Source of the DNA: Eledone cirrhosa | Taxonomy: Eukaryota | NCBI GenBank assembly: GCA_964016885.1 | Contig: OZ024740.1 | Coordinates: forward strand, 60,388,001 to 60,452,000 | Length of the DNA: 64,000 bases | Direction: 5' to 3' | Shown: positions 26,131-38,459 of the stretch, in pieces | How positions within the stretch are numbered: the first letter of the stretch is position 1 | Layout: each line of letters begins with the position of its first letter | Program-made: the position numbers and the translations under genes | The notes under the pieces: model-generated | Databases searched by the model: none | What the model was told of the DNA's origin: nothing | What the model saw: the letters and a program-made list of their open reading frames with translations, nothing else

Positions 26131-26414
26131 TAAACTCATACCAAATAAAAACATGTAAAAATGCCTATATAGTGCTGGGGGTACGTCCTACTTTAGCGAA
26201 CCAAATTCGTGACCCGATTGCCATCCACCTTAAGCAAACATTGCAGTCGTAAACAAAACACAAATGAAAGATATGAAACAAAATTACCTGATTTTTTTAT
26301 CTTTTAATTTATAGCAATCGACTTTGTTCACAGTTGTTTACTGCGGTCGAGGTTTTTTTAATTTCTAACCATTTCAACTCACATGATGCTCCAATGTTTA
26401 TATGTTCTTATTTG

Positions 26415-26466
26415 AAAAACTATATTTAGAGTAACAAAGGCCTTTGTTACTCTAAATATAGTTTTT
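26415..26466. repeat. 52-bp perfect palindrome
   Basis: aaaaactatatttagagtaacaaagg|cctttgttactctaaatatagttttt. Confidence 0.95.
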
Positions 26467-26642
26467 AAAGAATTCTCTTTTCTTTAAATCTATCAACCAA
26501 TGACCTCCACCCATTCCAATCACCACCCTCTCCTACCACCAGAAAAGGTATAAATACCACCATATTACTTGGACAGTCGGCTTCCTGGTGATTTCTCCCG
26601 AATGAAACAGTTCTAGTCCTGTAGAAGCCATTTCTATATTAA

Positions 26643-26673
<31 letters not shown>

Positions 26674-27046
26674 CACAAAAAAGACTAAAACCTCACAGAT
26701 TTCACTTTATAAGACTGTGTGACACAGACTTAAGCCACACACATCTACCAATCTCTTCCCTTACATACACACACACACACACACAACCACACCCATGCCA
26801 CCCTCTACCCTCCGCCTCTACCCGCCGAGCCGGACTTTTAACCCCCCCCCCATATCACTATATATATTTTTTTTTTATAAACTTCCTTCCCTAACCTTCT
26901 CACACTACTCTTACGTGCATCTGTTCTTTCCTAATCCAAACTTTCCTGAAAAAGGACTTCTGTCCGAAACGTTGATACCTCCTCTACTTCCATCAAGCGT
27001 GAAACTAATATAACTGTAAAATTGCCTCATGTGTTTTGTTTGTTTC

Positions 27047-27096
<50 letters not shown>

Positions 27097-27129
27097 AAAA
27101 TTTCGCTCTACATGGCTGAATACAATAAA

Positions 27130-27347
27130 TGTAATCTGAGTTTTTCGAATATTAATAATAACATTCGATTCGTTTGCAATTATGCAAACAAGCCTCAAAT
27201 TTATAGTCATGTCAGTTCTATTCGCATGCCAACACAAGAGCAAGAATGAAGTCTTCATTCTACCGACATGGCTATAAAATTGAGGCTTGTTTGCATCATT
27301 GCAAACGAATCGAATTTTATTATTAATATTCGAAAAACTCAGATTAC

Positions 27348-27348
<1 letters not shown>
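27130..27348. repeat. Fold-back element between (TA)n tracts
   Basis: ~87-bp inverted arms with several mismatches. Each arm has an internal gtttgca/tgcaaac hairpin in HHR-like topology with a degenerate core. Confidence 0.85.
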
Positions 27349-27440
<92 letters not shown>

Positions 27441-27532
27441 TTATGGTAGCTAAGATGCGTCCATAGGCGGTATGCCGGTTGAGCACTCTATGCTCCTACC
27501 ACAGAGAGAAGATCTGCTCCGAAATCAATAGA

Positions 27533-27622
27533 CGTGTCTGAGGAACCTGCGAATCCAGAGTCAGGTCGATCCACACACAGCTCGCTCCTCGAGCTCTTCG
27601 CCGGCGAAACAATTGTAATACG
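27533..27622 (+). ncRNA. Hammerhead ribozyme motif in a solo terminus related to the Naiad-like element
   Basis: CGTGT-CTGAGGA-[acctgcgaa..ttcgccggc]-GAAAC-AATT-GTA-ATACG. The downstream gatgcatcactgatttttcgttt is also present at 52088-52110. Confidence 0.8.
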
Positions 27623-27663
27623 CAATAAATTGAGTTCCGATGCATCACTGATTTTTCGTTTTC

Positions 27664-27760
<97 letters not shown>

Positions 27761-28064
27761 TATATATATATATATAAATATATTAATATATATATATATA
27801 TAAATATATATAAATATATATATATATATAAATATATATAAATATATATATATATATAAAATATATATATATTAAAATAACAGATTAAGGTTTAAGCAAA
27901 GAATCGCTGCTTTCACCCTTAACGGGATCTTTTATTTATATATATATATAAGAAAATGAGATTTAAAAAAAAAAAGAAAAAGAAACGAGATGTCCTACAC
28001 GGGTGAAAATATAAGGAAAAGGAATCGAAAATGCAACTGGAGTCTTTTAATAATATTTATTTAT

Positions 28065-28106
28065 TTACTTTACCGGTTTCACAGTTCTTATGTTTTTCAA
28101 AAGTAA
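28065..28106 (-). ncRNA. Minimal hammerhead ribozyme motif, U3-A8 core variant
   Basis: TTACTT-TTGAAAA-ACAt-aagaa-cTGT-GAAAC-CG-GTA-AAGTAA. Stems I and II covary relative to the 752-789 copy. Confidence 0.75.
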
Positions 28107-28221
28107 TATTGAGATGGGGGGGGGGGGGGGTTGTCTCGCACACACATATATATATATATATAGGAATGAAAAATGGCATTGTGTGTTGTTGCGAATGTGA
28201 TACATATGAAGTAAACTCATA

Positions 28222-28265
<44 letters not shown>

Positions 28266-28291
28266 TGTAATAAACAACATAAGATAATTAT

Positions 28292-28337
28292 TTCATTTAC
28301 CGGTGGTTTCTTGAAGACAGATGCACGTCAGAATGAA
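28292..28337 (-). ncRNA. Degenerate hammerhead relic
   Basis: TTCATT-CTGACGT-[14 nt, unpaired]-GAAAC-caccg-GTA-AATGAA. The tail is related to the 62531-62735 element. Confidence 0.45.
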
Positions 28338-28846
28338 TAAAAAAAACATGGTGTTTTTATTAAATATGGATTTGAAAACAAAATTTAGGAAATATGAAAG
28401 TGAGGCTGAAAAAAACGGGCGAAAAGGTAATAGGGGAAAAAATAAAAATATATATATATATAAAAATAAAAATATAAATATCCTGAACGTAAACATACAC
28501 ACACTCAACTACGCGAATATACTAAAAAGTACGTAGACGTATACTTTCTCACATAAGCGTATTGGCGTCTACAAGGAAATATGGACAGGAACATATATAC
28601 ATACATATACACAGATATATACATAAATACATACACATACATATACACAGATATATATGCACTCAAATTTGGGAAGTAGTAGGGAAGCAGAAATAACTAA
28701 ATTAAAAAATAAATAAGAACAAAAAATATATAAAATACATGTATATATATATATATATTTACATATATCTATATATATATATACATATATATATACATAT
28801 ATATATATATATACACACACATACATATATATATATACACACACAT

Positions 28847-28926
<80 letters not shown>

Positions 28927-28927
28927 C

Positions 28928-29047
28928 TAACAAAGGAATTGTGGTAAGGAACCAGATGGACCATAACGCACCAGAGTACTCAATACTTAGGGTAATAGAG
29001 TGGGAAATAAGAAAAAGCATGACCCCAGCGGCAGAGTCATACTTTTT

Positions 29048-29050
<3 letters not shown>
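28928..29050 (-). mobile_element. 3' tail of an HHR element family (also 55421-55580 and 63476-63700)
   Basis: Shared gtggtaaggaaccag.tggaccataa.gcacca.agtactcaatactt in all three copies, each abutting (TA)n. Confidence 0.8.
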
Positions 29051-29113
<63 letters not shown>

Positions 29114-29155
29114 ATGATATTAAATAAATGGAAACTATATTTATAAAACCATATT

Positions 29156-29217
29156 TATTCTATTATATATATTTCAAGGGTACCAAAAACTTTGGTACGC
29201 TTTCATCAGATAAAATA
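29156..29217 (-). ncRNA. Minimal type I hammerhead ribozyme motif
   Basis: TATTTTAT-CTGATGA-AAGcGTACCAAA-gtt-TTTGGTACcCTT-GAAAT-ATAT-ATA-ATAGAATA. Canonical core, 8-bp stem I, 11-bp stem II. Confidence 0.85.
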
Positions 29218-30094
29218 CAAAGTGTGTTTTATAAATTTTGACATAGTCAAGGAACATACCTTATCAGTTGAATTTTCCTTGGAAGTGAATTTAAAGAACG
29301 GATTGTTCAAAATTGTTAGGATGAGTATGCAAATGAATATGTAAATGAGGTTGAGGTATATGATTGAAAAACCGTTATTTTAAACGCTATGGAAAATTTA
29401 GATATATGTTTATATTAGTAGGAGAGAAAGAAAGAAAAAGGAAAAAGTAAAAGAAGACCACGTATATATGTTAATTCTTTTACTTTATATATATATATAC
29501 ACACATGCACACACACAAATATATAAACACACATACATACATACATACATACATACATACAAATACACACACATCCACATGCATACACATACAAAAAATT
29601 CCTACAAAAAATAATATATATATGTGTGTGTGTGTGTGTGTATGTGTGTGTGTGCGTGTTTATTGGGTATTGAGTTGTAAGACAAGTCCCCCACGATGTT
29701 TGCATACTTTTTCAGACTGGTGAGATTAAAGCAGTTGATGCTCAGTTTCATTGTTTGCAGAAGTTTAGACAGGAATACATTTCAGAGAGTTGCTAATGTG
29801 GGGTGGGAGAATGAAGTGAGTTGATGTGCTGGGGGAATAGTATATATGAAACATTGTGAGAGTAACAGGGCGAGGGAAGACAACTGAGTGAGTGGAATAA
29901 TGCTAGGTAGATAGGGTGTATACGTCTAGCTTCTTTGGGAAGTGCAGAAGCATGTGTGGTAGAAAAACATTGTATGTATGAGAGTCAGTAATTGTTGCCT
30001 TTTGATGAGTGGTTTATTGCCAATTAGTATAATAGTTTTCGATTTAGGCACAAGTATCTATCGATACTGCCAATCGACCTAATATAATACTTTC

Positions 30095-30305
30095 TGATTT
30101 AGGCACAAAGCCAGGAAATTTTGGAGGGAGTGGAAAGTCGATTAAATCAACTCCAGTGTATTACTGGTGCTTTATTTTATCCACCCCGTAAGAATAAAAG
30201 CCAAAGCTAAAATCGGCGGGATTTGAACCCAGAATGTAAAAGGACGTAACTCTATTCCACAAAGCATGTTGTCCGACGCTCTACCGATACTGCCAATCCA
30301 CCTCG
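30095..30305 (-). mobile_element. tRNA-derived SINE
   Basis: Minus-strand B-box-like gggttcaaatcc. Homologous to 41470-41650 and 61412-61600. Confidence 0.75.
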
Positions 30306-31799
30306 TATGATGGTTTTTTTAGATGATGTTTAACCTGCCAGTTACATTCCATTGCATGTATGTATGTCTTAAGCCATGTAGACACTTATACGCATACATA
30401 TATGTATTGTGATCCCACGTAAGTTTCAATTAAACATTAAGTGTTCCGTCTTTTGTGTAGTTTATACTATTTGGAAAGACCTATACAATACAGCTTCTTA
30501 TTGATCACTTCTTTCGCGAAAATGGAAGTTCTTGTGTTTATAAATTTGATCCAAATTAAAAGGCTTATCGAAGGATTAGCTCAATTGGGTTAATATATAC
30601 TTATGATACGCTATCTGAAGAGAACAACTTCTATGATACCCGCACGCCCGGCATAATAAAGGTCGTGGGGGTGTTTTCCCTTCGACTGTATCTATTTGCA
30701 TATGAATATCAACCAATACTAAATTATATAAATACCTCAAATTTCATACATAATTGATGAATTGGGTTAATTAATTTTACAGAGCGATTGGATAAATAAA
30801 ATTTGCATATCAGATAATCTTAATATATAACGTATAAATTCAAAACTTTAGTAATAGACTTAATTCGTGGTTTGATTTAACAGCACCAACACTTGATCCT
30901 TAGGGGCCTTTAACAGAGTGTACCTTGTTGTATGCATTCAAGCCAGGCTTCCGATCCGACGATGATTTCCTCACTTAAACTACATTGAACGAGCATCGGA
31001 TTAAATGCCTGGGTATTTGTCCGAACTATCTCCCGACTTAATTCAAATCCTGCTGAGACAAACTTTGCTTTCCATCCTTTCAGGGTCAATAAATAAAGTA
31101 TCAGTCCATGGACGGAGGATTATCGGAGTCGTTAAAGAGTTGGACAGGATGCTTTGCAGTATATGTTTCCACTCTATATGCTTTGAATTTCATTTTTTAT
31201 CTCCTGTCAACGAAAAAGTGATGGTCATGAGTCGCGATCAGCGTACAGTATCAGCAATGAAAAGACCAATGGAAACTAAGTTTCCTTGGTCCTATCTAAT
31301 GATCAGCTCATTTTATTCTTTTTTTTTTTTTTTTTTTATTTAAACCTACAAACTTCGTAGAATGTGAATAGGGTCATGTGTGTCATTCTCCTTCCTCTGA
31401 CTAAACGATATCAAAAAAAGATGGCTGTTTCTGTGAAGTAGAAACGCTAGTACAGCTGCTGTCATAGCTAAAGGCGATTCCAACATTGGGAGATTATATT
31501 TAATATCTACAGTGAAAGTTTTAACATCTTTTCATATCTATAGCAAGGATTTTATGTTATTTTTGAAATGATTGATTATCAATTTCGAAAAGTTGTGTTT
31601 CACGTAGATAAAGTAATATCAATTGATTGGAACGATACAATACCATTCTGTTAGCAAAGCCATTGAAAATAGGAGAGAGAAAAAAACTTTCCCGAAACCC
31701 AACTTTTTATCAATCTGAATTATTGTTTCGTACACCAGAAAAATCCTTATCATTCATTAATAAATAGCAATTGACGTGTCAAACAAAATATAAATACAT

Positions 31800-31900
<101 letters not shown>

Positions 31901-32717
31901 TATTTAGATAGATACTTAGATAGATAGAGAGAGACAGAGAGAGAGAGAGAGATACATAGATGCATAATTGCATACATACATACATAAGTAGATAGATAGG
32001 TTTAGAGAGAGGAGGAGAGAGAAAGAGAGAGGGAGAAAGAGAAAGAGGGAGAAAGAGAAAGACAGAGCACACTATGGAGAGAAAAAATATTTTTTGGGAA
32101 ATGATTGAAGAAGTCTAATAAAAATTAATTTTCACCAAAGAAGGATTGGTTGCTTGTTATATAAGTGTGATAAATTGTTAACAGACCTTGGAACAAAACG
32201 AAATCATATTATAATGAATCATTGGGGACAAACGCACACACATACATACACACATACATACAAACAAACAAACTACGTACATACATGCACACATATATGC
32301 ATACATACATAGACACATACATACACGCATACATGCATGCAGACATACATGCATACATGCATGTATAATAATACATACATGCACATTACACCTACACACA
32401 TATACCCACACAGAAAAACGCACACAAAAACGTACATACCCACATATATGCATTCATACATACATGCACACATATATGAATACATACATACATACATACA
32501 TACACACATATATGCATACATACATACATGCACACATATATGCATACATACATACATACATACATACATACATAGATACATACATAAATGAATACATATA
32601 TACATACACACACATACATAGATACGTACGTACATACACACGTATATACATACATACATACATTCAAACACACATACACAAATTCATACATACAAACATA
32701 CAAGCATACAAACATAA

Positions 32718-32751
<34 letters not shown>

Positions 32752-32822
32752 ACATACATGCATACATACATACATACATACATACATACATACATACATA
32801 CATACATACATACATACATACA

Positions 32823-33600
32823 TGGCATGGAGTTCCGACAGGTTTATGACATCACACCTTGAGGGATATCTCTATGCAATACAGGAACAAGAACTCCCTA
32901 CCAAATATCTGCTGCACAAAAGAGGGGGGCCAGCAGCTGACAATAAATGTAGGCTATGTAAAACAAAGATCGAAGATGTAAGCCACATTGTTGCCAGCTG
33001 CGAAAGAATGTCATTTCGCTACTACCTCCCCATGAGACACGATGGGATAGCTAGAACCATCTGGAACGCACTTCGGAAAACAAAATTAACAACAAACGAG
33101 GAAGAATATATTGAGACAGATGGCACTAAGGAATACTGGTGGAACCTGAAAATAAAAACTGCCACCAAATTAAAGCACAACCGTCCTGATATTGTTGTTT
33201 GGGACCACACATTGAAAACGTGTTCCGTTGTGGAGATCAACTGCCCACTTGATGTAAACGTTGTCAGAAAAATACAGGAGAAGGAAGACATCTACGGACC
33301 ATTGATGAGGAGTTTACAAATCCAGTATCCGAGATACACCTTTAGCTTCATACCCATCATTATTGGAGCTACGGGTTATATACCACCCGCTTGGACCAAA
33401 GTATGACTGAACTTGGATTTGCGGACAAAAAGCGCAGCTCCCTAATTCATAGTCTACAAATGACTGCGTTAGCTGGCACCTTCAAAATTTTCAAAACATT
33501 CTTGCGATTCAAAGGATGACAATTTCTTTTCTTTTACAACCTTGCCACCAGGAAGGTGGCCGGTCAAAAAAAAATATACTCGAAATTAAGAGAAAGAGAT
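32823..33600 (+). mobile_element. 5'-truncated R4/Dong-type RLE LINE in (TACA)n
   Basis: CRLC..H....C zinc knuckle, RHD, RPDIV..D, E...P and K...Y restriction-like endonuclease motifs. Both ends abut (TACA)n. Confidence 0.9.
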
Positions 33601-33614
33601 AACATACATACATA

Positions 33615-34086
33615 GAGAATATTTATGTAGAACTGATGAGAAATCTGCAGATACTCCACCCTGATTACACCTTCAGATTTATGCCTGTGATTATTGGGGC
33701 ACTGGGATATGTTAGTAATTGCCTCAATACAAATCTTGAGAAGCTAGGCTTCACAGGAACAGAAAGAACACAACTAGTTAGGAAATTACAAGTACAATCC
33801 ATTAATGTAACAGTAAAAATATGTAAAACATTCCAAAAATGTTGCATCTAATAACTGCATATACACATGTACAGATACAAAGAATATACACATACACACA
33901 TACAACTCAAAACATACACATCCACACATACAATAACATCCATATCTACACATGCATGCATGCAGACATACATACATATCTACTTAATTGATGTTGTGTA
34001 AATTCCAATGAGAGAGTCTTGTGTCTATGTCAGACACCGACTCTCTCTCTATTGGTAAAACTTTGTGAAATTATAAAACCAGAAGA

Positions 34087-34088
<2 letters not shown>
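33615..34088 (+). mobile_element. Second R4/Dong-type 3' fragment
   Basis: MRNLQILHPDYTFRFMPVIIGALGYV. The 3' end is nearly identical to 44010-44341 and ends in (TACA)n. Confidence 0.85.
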
Positions 34089-34119
<31 letters not shown>

Positions 34120-34207
34120 AATACATACATACTTACATACATACACACAAATACATACATACATACATACATACATACATACATACATACATACATACAT
34201 ACATACA

Positions 34208-34239
<32 letters not shown>

Positions 34240-34588
34240 GATACTACAATAAGAAACCGGCTGATAGTAAACCTTTTCAATATATTAGTATTGGGTAATT
34301 GTTTTTAATTTCAATTTATTTATTAATTTAGCAAAAAGCCTTTTAGAGAAATAAAGTAAAATGTTTAATAGTAAAATATTAATATAGCAACTGGTGCAAA
34401 GAATGTTTATGGAAATAAAATTCAACTGACATCGGGATAACTGTTGTTGCATTTACTTATTTTGATAGGTAAGATAGTTGGAGCTGGCGGATAGTCGTTC
34501 GGACATAACACATATACATATATACATACATATATGGTGGCTGCCAACTCGTTTTCGAGTACGGCCACTACTTTATATCCATGTAGGA

Positions 34589-37500
34589 TAGTGGTCGCCA
34601 ACCTTTCTAAAACCGAGGAACCCTCTAAATATTTTGAATTCTTCACGGAACCTATACTATACAAAACCTTTCAAAAAAAAAATAATAAAGTATTTATTTA
34701 TTTTAGTGTTTCATGCGTGTGTATGTAATCGAACACAATGGCTTTTCTGCTGCTGCGCCTCATCAGTGAGTTTAGAAAATCGAGGGTCAACACTAGTTAA
34801 TGCCAGTCTCATACACTCGTCAATTGCTGACAGTTTATTCCTCTTCTTTGTGCAGATTTCCACCAACTGCGAAAACCATTTTTCGCACAAATAGCTAGAT
34901 GGGAATAAAGTCAAATACTTCAATGCAAGTTGGCTGATTTCATTAAACTCTCCAATCAAGAATAAGTCGATCCATAGTTCTTTCTTTCTGCTTTCGAATA
35001 TCACTTTCAGGTCTTCGTTTGAATTCAAATCCATCAACTGATGTAAGCATTGGGCAGGTAGTAAATTTTTACAATTTCCAGCGTCATTTTCTGACACTAA
35101 CTGCTCGATCTCGGTGAACGGGTTTTTTATCCATAAATTTCCGCTAACAATATATTTTTCCATCAAGTCAAAATAATCTGAAAAACCTGTGGAAAGCACA
35201 TTTAAATGAGAAAGAATAATCTTCTTTAGATTGCTGGAGTCAAAATTTTCTCTCTTTTTAAGCTCTATTTCAAGGTTTGAAAGTAATTGTCCGATTCAAT
35301 TCTTTTTATAAAGATGTTTAATTTTGATTGAAAATATGTAATAAAATTGATTGAAGTAAAAATATCTGCATTGTTACCCTGAAGACACTTATTTAGTTTG
35401 TTCAGTTCACCAAAAATGTCTACTAAATAAGCGAGTTGCACATTCCATTCATTGGTTTCTAATACACTTGCTCTTTCATCATTGTTTTTTTAGAAAAACT
35501 ATTATTTCTTCTCTCAGTTCAAAAACTCTCTTCATAGCATCCCAAAAAGACAGCCAACGCACATCATTGTTCAATAACAATCTATTATAATTACTTCCAG
35601 AAGATTCACAAATAGATTCAAACATTCTAGAATTTTTTGCTCTTGCATGGATCAAATTGATAATTTTGACAATGTCTTTCAGCTGATCATTTAATATTTG
35701 AGCATTTCTGTCTTTGAATTTTTTTTAACACAAAACCTCTCGATGAATCATACAATGGTTTGAAATACAATTTGGGGTCTGTTCTTTAATTTTTGCAATC
35801 AAACCAGAATTTTTACCAGTCATTGCAGCTGCTCCATCTGTTGTGATTGAAGTCAACTTGCTCCAAGATACACCATTTAAAAAAAAATACTCTTCAATTT
35901 TATTGAATATATCTTGACCTTTAGTTGTGTTGTCTAATGTCAGACAAAACAAATACTCTTCTACTAATTCTTTTTTATCAAGGTCTACAAACCGTACATA
36001 GCAAATTAATTGAGCCTTGTTATTAATATCCGTAGTTTCGTCCACTTGCAGTCCAAAACATGGGCTTTACTTTAGTGCAGTTAGTATCTGATTTTCTATA
36101 TCAGAAGAAATATCAATTATCCCTCTTTTTACGGTATTTGCTGACAATGGTAACTGGCTTAATTTTTCTTTGTCCTTAATACTGCAGCTTTCAAAAAGAT
36201 TCTCTGTAGCAATGTTTATACTTGGCAGAATTAACTGTTCTCCTAATGTAAATGGTTTCTTGTTTTTACCAATCAAATGTGAAATCTCAAAAGATGTTCT
36301 TGTTAAAGCTTTATTTCTATCTGACTTTTTACAAAACAAGTCATACATATTAGCTTGTGATTTTTTTATGTTGTTTTTCAGCGAAGTAAAGTATTCCAGT
36401 GACTTGTTTTTATCATTGGTGTGATTAGTATTAATGTGTCTTTTAAGTTTTGCAGGATTTAAACAGCTATTTGATAGAACTTTTGAACTTAGCAAACACA
36501 TGGGCTGATCTGGTGTTTCTTTTTTAGTGTCAGCTTTTTGAAATCCATATCTAACATAATCATCACACCACTGTCTAACCTTACTGCTGGTATCTAACTT
36601 CAGCTTCTTTGCAGTAGACATCATATCAACGTTATTTATCTACAGTTAACTTATAAGAAATGTTTTCAGAGTCCAGCACTTCCTGCATATACTACTTTAG
36701 GGTCGTATTAAATATTATTGGTAATGTAAATATATTTAAATATCCGCCATACTAAAAGGTGCAAAAAATGCAATTCAGCTGATAGTGTAGATGTGACGAT
36801 GGTATTGGAAATTAATTCAGATATCTTCTATCTATTTTGACTCAAAGTTAGATATAATATAAGAAGGCTTTAGGCTGCGTTAAACATATATTAGATTGGA
36901 ACAAATAAAGTTTAGTCAAATGTTTGTGGACATATATATTTATTGTATAAAGTAATTTCTCAATTGTGAATGCAGATGTCATCAAATGAATACATAATTG
37001 TATGGCAAAGTTTATAGTGTATGCATGGAATACAAAATTACCTTTGTTAGTAGTCGAAACTTTACAGGCGTTATATTTTCTGTGCAAAGTACAACAGAAT
37101 GTAACGTGTTCTTATTTAGAATTGTCTGTGGAACTGGATGCATGTTGAAAACGACTAGTAAGCGAGTTCACTCAGTGAGGAAACTTTAGACGACTTTAAA
37201 GCTTTTATGAGGGCAGCAGATTAAAACGTGTTCTCTATTGAAAACATTCTACTGAACTTACGTTGTGAGAACAGCGAACTGACCCTATCTCTTGGATGAG
37301 AGACCTCGCTGAACTGAAGTTTTCAGTTTAAAGTTATGCTGTCATCGACCAACATTTACTTGTTCGTGATTGGTCAATTTCTAAGTTCAATTAGTGTATT
37401 ATCAGTAGTAGTCAAATTCTCGGAGTTCAGAAAACTATGTCTTTCCAAGAATTGATGTGAAATTGAAAGTATTCAATTTCCACGAATCTCAGAACAGTGT

Positions 37501-37738
37501 TTTCCTGCTAATTCAAGTGAGAAACTGAAAGTAGTGTTTTCCACGAATTGGAGTGGGGAACCTGTGTACACTACAATAGTACTTGTTCATTTATACATTG
37601 CACCTTTAGCATTTTCTTTGCACCTTTTTCAGAAAACCCAAAATGTTAATGGTAATGTAAATATTTATTTTTTTAAGGAACCCGGAGTTTGTTTTACGGA
37701 ACCCCAAGGTTCCGCGAAACCCATGTTGGCGACCACTG
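34589..37738 (-). mobile_element. hAT (Buster/Charlie-type) DNA transposon, full length
   Basis: TIRs tagtggtcgccaac / gttggcgaccactg. The 8-bp TSD ATGTAGGA (34581-88 and 37739-46) has a central TA. An empty-site paralogue lies at 44418-44425. Confidence 0.95.
34711..36624 (-). pseudogene. Frameshifted Buster-type hAT transposase
   Basis: Split ORFs give an N-terminal YVRYGF..PMCLL..LSN..L.PAKLKRH, then KPFTLGEQLI, DETTD, ITTDGAAAMTG, HCMIHRE and C-terminal FPSSYLCEKWFS. Confidence 0.9.
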
Positions 37739-38290
37739 ATGTAGGAGAAACCCTACCGATGCGCTGAATGAGTGTGACTTTTTAGTCCAGCCAGCGACTT
37801 GAAAACTCTGGTACAAACACTACACTTGTGACAATTATTGACACATAGTGCTGGGCCCATGGTACCATGTGACGACAAGTGCAGAGAGATCTCCAGATAT
37901 AAAGCAATGCCTGTGCCGTGAAGCTTTTTATAGTGAGCAAAGGCACTGCACAAAGCCAGTCCCACTCTCTTAACCAAGATGATATTTACCAAATAGAAGA
38001 ACAAGTCAACATCATCGGATACCATCAGGGTTGCAGGTGTTATATCAGAGTTTTCCTTCTCCTAGAATTCTGCCTTGACAAAGGCTAAGGGGTCATCTCT
38101 CCCGGTGATTTTGGATGGCCATTGACTCTTAAGTTCTCCTTTGCCCTTTGACAGGTTTTGTTTTTAGTCCTGCAGGATGTCCAAAGTCACCCTCCTCACC
38201 AAGAAACCTTGGTGGGGTGGCCAGTTTAGTCGCCAACGACCCGACCATGGGACAGGTTGTACTGGGATACATGTTACCAGTAGCACCAAC
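37739..38290 (-). mobile_element. ~600-bp non-coding repeat with RTE-like 5' motifs (continues at 34533-34588)
   Basis: Carries ctaggagaaggaaaactctga and gggtcg..cgactaaac on the minus strand. Paralogues at 44371-44810, 52708-53215 and 58626-59161, and partially at 41138-41860. Confidence 0.75.
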
Positions 38291-38459
38291 ATAGACATAT
38301 ATATATCTATATACATACATACACACAGACATAGATGCCTGTCTACACACATACATACACATGTATATATGTACATACATATACATATGGATGCCTACAC
38401 GCATACAATCAAATGATAATATTCCAATTACGGACTCAATACATGGCGTCTCTTCGTTA

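Noticed and set aside
26945-26975. ctgaaaaaggac-ttct-gtccgaaacgttg hammerhead-like half
   Set aside because: Stem II and GAAAC are present, but there is a C3-A8 mismatch and no stem I. It is at most a decayed PLE-end relic.
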